This document shows, piece by piece, positions 58,977 to 64,000 of a stretch of 64,000 nucleotides of DNA (positions are counted from its first letter, which is position 1; each line of letters begins with the position of its first letter). Source of the DNA: Lachnospiraceae bacterium. Its GTDB lineage: Bacteria > Bacillota > Clostridia > Lachnospirales > Lachnospiraceae. The DNA lies in contig JAAUZX010000045.1 in NCBI GenBank assembly GCA_014804365.1, positions 2,458-66,457 of the forward strand. Direction: 5' to 3'. A program made the position numbers and the translations under genes. The notes below the pieces were generated by a model, which did no database searches, was not told the DNA's origin, and worked only from the letters and a program-made list of their open reading frames with translations.

Positions 58977-60398
58977 ATGAAGTATAGAAGAATCATGATT
59001 GCCGCACCTAAGAGCGGCAGCGGTAAGACTATGATCACCTGCGCTCTTTTGCAGACACTTATCAGCGAAGGGTATCAGGCGGTTTCTTTTAAATGCGGCC
59101 CGGATTATATCGATCCTATGTTTCATGAGCAAGTGATCGGTGTAACGTCGAGAAATCTGGATACTTTTTTCACCGGCGAAGAGCAGACAAAAAAGCTTTT
59201 TTTGAAGCATGCACCGGAAGGCGGCTTTGCGGTTTTAGAAGGCGTTATGGGTATTTTCGACGGATTAGGGGGTGTCAGGAAAGAAGGTTCCTCTTATCAT
59301 CTGGCACAGGTGACGGAAACACCGATTGTGTTGGTGGTAGATGCCAAAGGAATGGGGCGCTCTCTCATTCCTATGCTTGCGGGATTCCTGGCGTATGACA
59401 AGGAGCAGTTGATAAGTGGCGTGATCCTGAACAGGGTGTCCAAGGGATACTATGAGATCCTGAGGCCGCTGATTGAGAAGGAATTAGGGATTTCGGTCTT
59501 GGGATTCCTGCCGGAAAAGAAAGAACTGTATGTGGAGAGCAGACATTTAGGGCTGGTCAAACCCGATGAGCTGATCGGGGTGAAAGATAAAATGATGTTG
59601 CTTGCCGGGGAATTTGTGAAGACAGTTTCCCTGAAGGCGATTTTGGAAATTGCGGAAAGTGCTAAAGAGATTGGAAACGCGGAGAATGCAGAGAGTAATA
59701 GAAATGCGGAAGATTCAGATGTCAATAAGGATATATCGACTGACCGTCCTGTCATCGCCGTGGCAAGAGACGAGGTATTTTGCTTCTACTATGCGGACAA
59801 TCTCTGCATGCTGGAGGAAAACGGCGCAGAAATAAAATTTTTTTCCCCGCTTCATGATGACAGATTACCGGAACCATGCCATGCGTTGCTGATCGGAGGC
59901 GGCTATCCGGAGTTGTATGCAGATAAGATCAGTGAGAACAGACTCATGCGTACCGCAGTGAAACAGGCGGTAGAAAAGGGTATGCCTGTGGTGGCAGAGT
60001 GCGGCGGATTCATGTACTTGCATGCCGCGATTATAGACAAGGAGGGAACCAGCCATGATATGGCGGGTGTCATTCCCCGGCAATGCTATGATACCGGTAA
60101 ATCAGTGCGGTTCGGCTATATTGAGCTGCGGGAAAAGAACAGCCGTTTTCTGCCGGAAGGAGAAATCATTAAAGGACACGAGTTTCACTATTATGACAGC
60201 ACAAACAGCGGTGAGGATGTTCTGGCGGTCAAACCGGTGACAGGCAGGGAATATTCCTGTATCATGGAAGGAGATAATTATTGGATGGGCTTTCCTCATT
60301 TGTATTATCCGTCCAATCCCGCATTTGCAAAGGCTTTCGTGGAAAAAGCGGCGCAATATCGACGCAAGATGACCGATAGAGAGAAAGGAGTAAAATAA
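58977..60398 (+). CDS. cbiA: Cobyrinate a,c-diamide synthase (CbiA/CobB)
   Basis: SGSGKT, KCGPDYIDP, EGVMG, SRHLGL, AECGGFMYL, GHEFHY. Confidence 0.95.
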   Translation: MKYRRIMIAAPKSGSGKTMITCALLQTLISEGYQAVSFKCGPDYIDPMFHEQVIGVTSRNLDTFFTGEEQTKKLFLKHAPEGGFAVLEGVMGIFDGLGGVRKEGSSYHLAQVTETPIVLVVDAKGMGRSLIPMLAGFLAYDKEQLISGVILNRVSKGYYEILRPLIEKELGISVLGFLPEKKELYVESRHLGLVKPDELIGVKDKMMLLAGEFVKTVSLKAILEIAESAKEIGNAENAESNRNAEDSDVNKDISTDRPVIAVARDEVFCFYYADNLCMLEENGAEIKFFSPLHDDRLPEPCHALLIGGGYPELYADKISENRLMRTAVKQAVEKGMPVVAECGGFMYLHAAIIDKEGTSHDMAGVIPRQCYDTGKSVRFGYIELREKNSRFLPEGEIIKGHEFHYYDSTNSGEDVLAVKPVTGREYSCIMEGDNYWMGFPHLYYPSNPAFAKAFVEKAAQYRRKMTDREKGVK

Positions 60399-60400
60399 GT

Positions 60401-60646
60401 ATGGAGAATTCATATCGCTTCTTTGAAAACAGAGACTGCCAATATTTTCCCTGCCATAAAGGATTGGAGGACTTTAACTGCCTGTTTTGCTACTGTCCTC
60501 TGTACTTGATAGAAAAATGCGCCGGAAATCCCCACTACATAGAAAGAGATGGGAGAAAAATCAAAGACTGCATAAACTGCACTTTCCCCCATCGCCCTGA
60601 AAATTATGACGCAATGATTCAATTCTTAAAAGCAAGTAATAATTAG
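60401..60646 (+). CDS. Cysteine-rich small (zinc-finger-like) protein
   Basis: C.YFPCH..FNCLFCYCPLY..C..KDC.NC.FPH pattern. Confidence 0.85.
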   Translation: MENSYRFFENRDCQYFPCHKGLEDFNCLFCYCPLYLIEKCAGNPHYIERDGRKIKDCINCTFPHRPENYDAMIQFLKASNN

Positions 60647-60661
60647 CTGACAATGTGAGGT

Positions 60662-62503
60662 CTATTTCTTACTCGCTGCAGAAATAGCCGCCCTCTTTCT
60701 AAGCGTCGGGTCCAAAATCTTCTTCCGTATTCTGATCGTCTTCGGCGTCACCTCCAACAGCTCATCCGTATCAATAAATTCCAAAGCCTGCTCCAAACTC
60801 AAAACCTTCGGCGGTGTGAGCCGCAGCGCCTCGTCCGCGCTGGAGGAACGGGTGTTGGTGAGCTGCTTCTTCTTGCAGACATTCAGCTCGATGTCCTCGC
60901 CCCGTCCGTTCTGCCCCACGACCATGCCGGAATATACCTTAGTGCCCGGACCGATGAAGAGCGTGCCCCGCTCCTGTGCGTTGAAGAGACCGTAAGTGAT
61001 CGCTTCACCTGCCTCGAAAGCGATAAGAGATCCCTGTTTACGGTACTGGATATCTCCCTTGTAGGGGCCGTAGCCGTCGAAAATGCTGTTCATAATGCCG
61101 TTGCCCTTGGTATCCGTCATGAACTCGCCTCGATAGCCGATCAGGCCGCGGGAGGGAATGGAGAACTCCAGGCGGCTGTATCCGCCGGAAGCAAGTCCCA
61201 TGTTCAGAAGTTCACCTTTGCGCTGGCTTAACTTTTCAATGACAGTTCCGGAGAATTCCTCCGGCACATCTATATAGCACAATTCCATAGGCTCCAGTTT
61301 CTTGCCGTTTTCATCTGTCTTATATAATACTTCCGCCTTGCTGACCGCAAATTCATACCCCTCACGGCGCATGTTTTCGATCAGAACGGACAGATGCAGT
61401 TCACCCCGTCCGGAGACCTTGAAGGCTTCCGTAGTCTCTGTTTCTTCCACCCGGAGGGAAACATCGGTATTTAACTCCCTGAACAGTCTGTCGCGCAGAT
61501 GGCGGCTGGTCACATACTTGCCTTCCTGTCCGGCAAGAGGAGAGTCGTTGACGATAAAATGCATAGCGATGGTCGGCTCGGAAATCTTCTGGAACGGAAT
61601 CGGCTGCGGATTATCAGGAGAACAGAGGGTGTCCCCGATATGAATATCCGAGATGCCGGAGATCGCTACGATGGAGCCGATTCCGGCTTCCTCGACGTCT
61701 ATTTTATTTAAGCCGTCATATTCATATAATTTGCTGACTTTGACTTTGCGCATCTTGTCGGGGTCGTGGTGATTGACAATGACCACTTCCTGATTAATTT
61801 TGACGGAACCGTTGTCTACTTTGCCTACCCCGATACGTCCCACGTACTCGTTGTAGTCTATGGTACTGATCAGCACCTGTGTGCCGGCGTCGGGATCGCC
61901 CGTGGGTGCCGGAATATGCTCCAGAATCGTGTCGAAAAGGGGAGTCATGTCGCCGCCCTTCACGGTGAGCTGTGTGCTGGCAGTTCCCGCCTTGGCGGAA
62001 GCGTAGACGAAGGGACAGTCTAACTGCTCGTCGTTGGCATCCAGATCCATAAAGAGCTCCAGTACCTCATCTACCACCTGAATGGGTCTTGCTTCCGGAC
62101 GGTCGCATTTATTGATACATACGATTACGGATAAGTCCAGTTCCAGCGCTTTCTTCAGAACGAATTTCGTCTGAGGCATGGGACCTTCGAAAGCGTCCAC
62201 GACGAGGATGACACCGTTCACCATTTTGAGCACACGCTCCACCTCGCCGCCAAAGTCGGCGTGTCCGGGAGTGTCGATGATGTTGATCTTTACGCCCTTA
62301 TACATAACGGCCGTGTTCTTGGACAGAATCGTGATACCGCGCTCTTTCTCGATATCATTAGAGTCCATGACACGCTCCGCAACTTCCTGATTTTCTCTGA
62401 AAACACCGCTCTGTTTTAACAGCTCGTCCACCAGCGTCGTCTTGCCGTGGTCAACGTGAGCGATGATCGCTATATTTCTTACATCTTCTCTTGTCTGGTT
62501 CAT
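60662..62503 (-). CDS. typA: Translational GTPase TypA/BipA
   Basis: [39 protein letters not shown]. Confidence 0.97.
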   Translation of the reverse strand: MNQTREDVRNIAIIAHVDHGKTTLVDELLKQSGVFRENQEVAERVMDSNDIEKERGITILSKNTAVMYKGVKINIIDTPGHADFGGEVERVLKMVNGVILVVDAFEGPMPQTKFVLKKALELDLSVIVCINKCDRPEARPIQVVDEVLELFMDLDANDEQLDCPFVYASAKAGTASTQLTVKGGDMTPLFDTILEHIPAPTGDPDAGTQVLISTIDYNEYVGRIGVGKVDNGSVKINQEVVIVNHHDPDKMRKVKVSKLYEYDGLNKIDVEEAGIGSIVAISGISDIHIGDTLCSPDNPQPIPFQKISEPTIAMHFIVNDSPLAGQEGKYVTSRHLRDRLFRELNTDVSLRVEETETTEAFKVSGRGELHLSVLIENMRREGYEFAVSKAEVLYKTDENGKKLEPMELCYIDVPEEFSGTVIEKLSQRKGELLNMGLASGGYSRLEFSIPSRGLIGYRGEFMTDTKGNGIMNSIFDGYGPYKGDIQYRKQGSLIAFEAGEAITYGLFNAQERGTLFIGPGTKVYSGMVVGQNGRGEDIELNVCKKKQLTNTRSSSADEALRLTPPKVLSLEQALEFIDTDELLEVTPKTIRIRKKILDPTLRKRAAISAASKK

Positions 62504-62562
62504 GGTTGATCTTGCCTTTCTTAATTTTATGAACAAAAAACTCACTTTTACAAAACCTATTA

Positions 62563-62591
62563 ATTATATCATCACATGTCTGATCTTGCAA
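62563..62591 (-). promoter_or_regulatory. sigma-A promoter of typA
   Basis: Minus strand TTGCAA-17 nt-TATAAT with TG extension. Confidence 0.6.
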
Positions 62592-62771
62592 GCACTGGAG
62601 CGCACTATGTTTTTAGTCGCATAAAATCCGTAAACCTTCGGTTTTTCGACGATGACTGCATAATTCCGCGACACTTAACAGTTCTATTCGGGCCCATTTT
62701 CTTATATATTGATAGTACAATACAAAAAGGAATTTCTATGAGCAATTCCACAGTGTAGAAGGGAGAAAAAC

Positions 62772-63404
62772 ATGACAGATAAGGTTATTGAAAACAACCA
62801 GGTGGCAATTATGGGGGAGATCGTAAGTGATTTTACCTTCAGTCACGAGATTTTCGGAGAGGGATTCTATATGGTAGATATCAGTGTGGACCGCCTCAGC
62901 GACTCCACGGATATCATTCCGGTGATGGTTTCGGAAAGACTCCTTGACGTAGGCGAGGACTACAAGGGAATGAAGATCTGTATCACAGGGCAGTTCCGCT
63001 CCTACAACAGACATGAAGAGAGAAAGAACAGGCTTGTGTTGTCTGTGTTTGCAAGAGAAATTGAGTTCGTGGAGGATATCGGGGAGAGCGCCAAGACAAA
63101 TCAGATCTTTCTGGACGGCTATATCTGTAAGGCACCGATCTACAGAAAGACGCCGCTTGGACGAGAGATCGCCGATCTGCTGCTGGCGGTGAACAGACCC
63201 TACGGTAAATCCGATTACATACCCTGTATCTGCTGGGGAAGAAATGCAAGATTTGCGAGCAGCTTCGAGGTGGGAAGCCGCTGTGCGATCTGGGGCAGGA
63301 TTCAGAGCAGAGAATATATGAAGAAATTATCCGAGGACCAGCTGGAGAGAAGAGTCGCTTATGAAGTGTCTGTGAGCAAGCTGGAAATGGTGGAGGAAGA
63401 ATAG
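62772..63404 (+). CDS. ssb: Single-stranded DNA-binding protein with two OB folds
   Basis: Two SSB-like halves (NQVAIMG...GQFRSYN; NQIFLDG..LAVNR..SDYIPCICWG..GRIQSR). Confidence 0.85.
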   Translation: MTDKVIENNQVAIMGEIVSDFTFSHEIFGEGFYMVDISVDRLSDSTDIIPVMVSERLLDVGEDYKGMKICITGQFRSYNRHEERKNRLVLSVFAREIEFVEDIGESAKTNQIFLDGYICKAPIYRKTPLGREIADLLLAVNRPYGKSDYIPCICWGRNARFASSFEVGSRCAIWGRIQSREYMKKLSEDQLERRVAYEVSVSKLEMVEEE

Positions 63405-63434
63405 AGCGGAATAAAACTGATATGGAACAAACAG

Positions 63435-63463
63435 TTGCACGAAAATCCCGATTGTGCTATGAT
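63435..63463 (+). promoter_or_regulatory. sigma-A promoter upstream of cobO
   Basis: TTGCAC-17 nt-TATGAT with TG extension. Confidence 0.55.
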
Positions 63464-63611
63464 AGGCAAACATAGTATAGTAAAATCATACGTAAGTGTG
63501 CGGAATTATGCAGAATGCATAATTCCTGTGCACCTTCGTAACTGTGAAGAACAGGGTCCTGAACAGTTAAAATCATACAGGAAATGTGCGGGAAATAGTG
63601 AGGGATACAAT

Positions 63612-64000
63612 ATGAGAAACGGCATGATTCAGATCTATAGCGGAGACGGGCACGGTAAATCTCCGGCAGCGCTCGGCAGAGCGGTGCAGTCTGCGTGCAA
63701 TGGCGAATATATAGTTATCATCCAGTTTTTAAAGGGAAGAGGATTGGCGGAGTCAGAGTTTGTGAAGCGGCTGGAGCCGGAGATCAAGATATTCCGTTTT
63801 GAAAAATCTAATGAGGATTTTATGGATCTTACTGAGGAGCATAAAGCGGAGGAGTGCCAGAACATCCGTAACGGACTCAATTTCGCCAAGAAAGTGATGA
63901 ACACGGGAGAGTGTTCACTGCTGATTCTGGATGAAGTGCTGGGCTTGATCGACAACGGGATCATCACGGTAGAGGAGTTAAAGACGCTTCTGGCATCGAA
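63612..64000 (+). CDS. cobO: Cob(I)yrinic acid a,c-diamide adenosyltransferase (CobO/BtuR), runs off the right edge
   Basis: Read by hand: MRNGMIQIYSGDGHGKSPAALGRA..IIQFLKG..ILDEVLG; absent from the ORF track because no stop lies inside the window. Confidence 0.88.
   Translation, partial: MRNGMIQIYSGDGHGKSPAALGRAVQSACNGEYIVIIQFLKGRGLAESEFVKRLEPEIKIFRFEKSNEDFMDLTEEHKAEECQNIRNGLNFAKKVMNTGECSLLILDEVLGLIDNGIITVEELKTLLAS

Overview
Chromosomal window of a Firmicutes bacterium; gene content, order and RBS/promoter style suggest Clostridia/Lachnospiraceae (inference). From left to right it holds: the 3' end of an ABC ATPase; a LacI-type sensor protein with no output domain; a trpB2 / EAL phosphodiesterase / hybrid histidine kinase cluster; a Uma2 nuclease; purC; an OPT transporter coupled to a PqqD/RRE protein; a sugar ABC transporter with an SBP-HK-AraC regulator set; panT-coaX-coaBC-ispF; a Cys T-box followed by cysE-cysS-mrnC-rlmB-(SGNH repeat protein)-sigH-tRNA-Thr; a HAD hydrolase, PBP1A, yigZ and mgtE; a cobalamin riboswitch heading a ~20 kb corrinoid uptake and anaerobic cobalamin biosynthesis operon; then typA, a tandem-OB ssb and the start of cobO. 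No transposase, integrase, prophage or CRISPR array is visible. The least-explained signals are (1) two families of dispersed non-coding hairpin elements whose copies differ by compensatory base changes and share a CACT-A...A-AGTG stem with an A.A mismatch, (2) a lipoprotein-anchored CbiK chelatase fused to two extra domains at the head of a cbi operon lacking cbiL, cobS, hem genes and cbiMNQO, (3) an SGNH hydrolase with a TVSGN hexapeptide array rich in N-X-S/T sequons, and (4) an OPT-PqqD pair with no RiPP genes. All protein assignments come from motif recognition by eye, not database searches.
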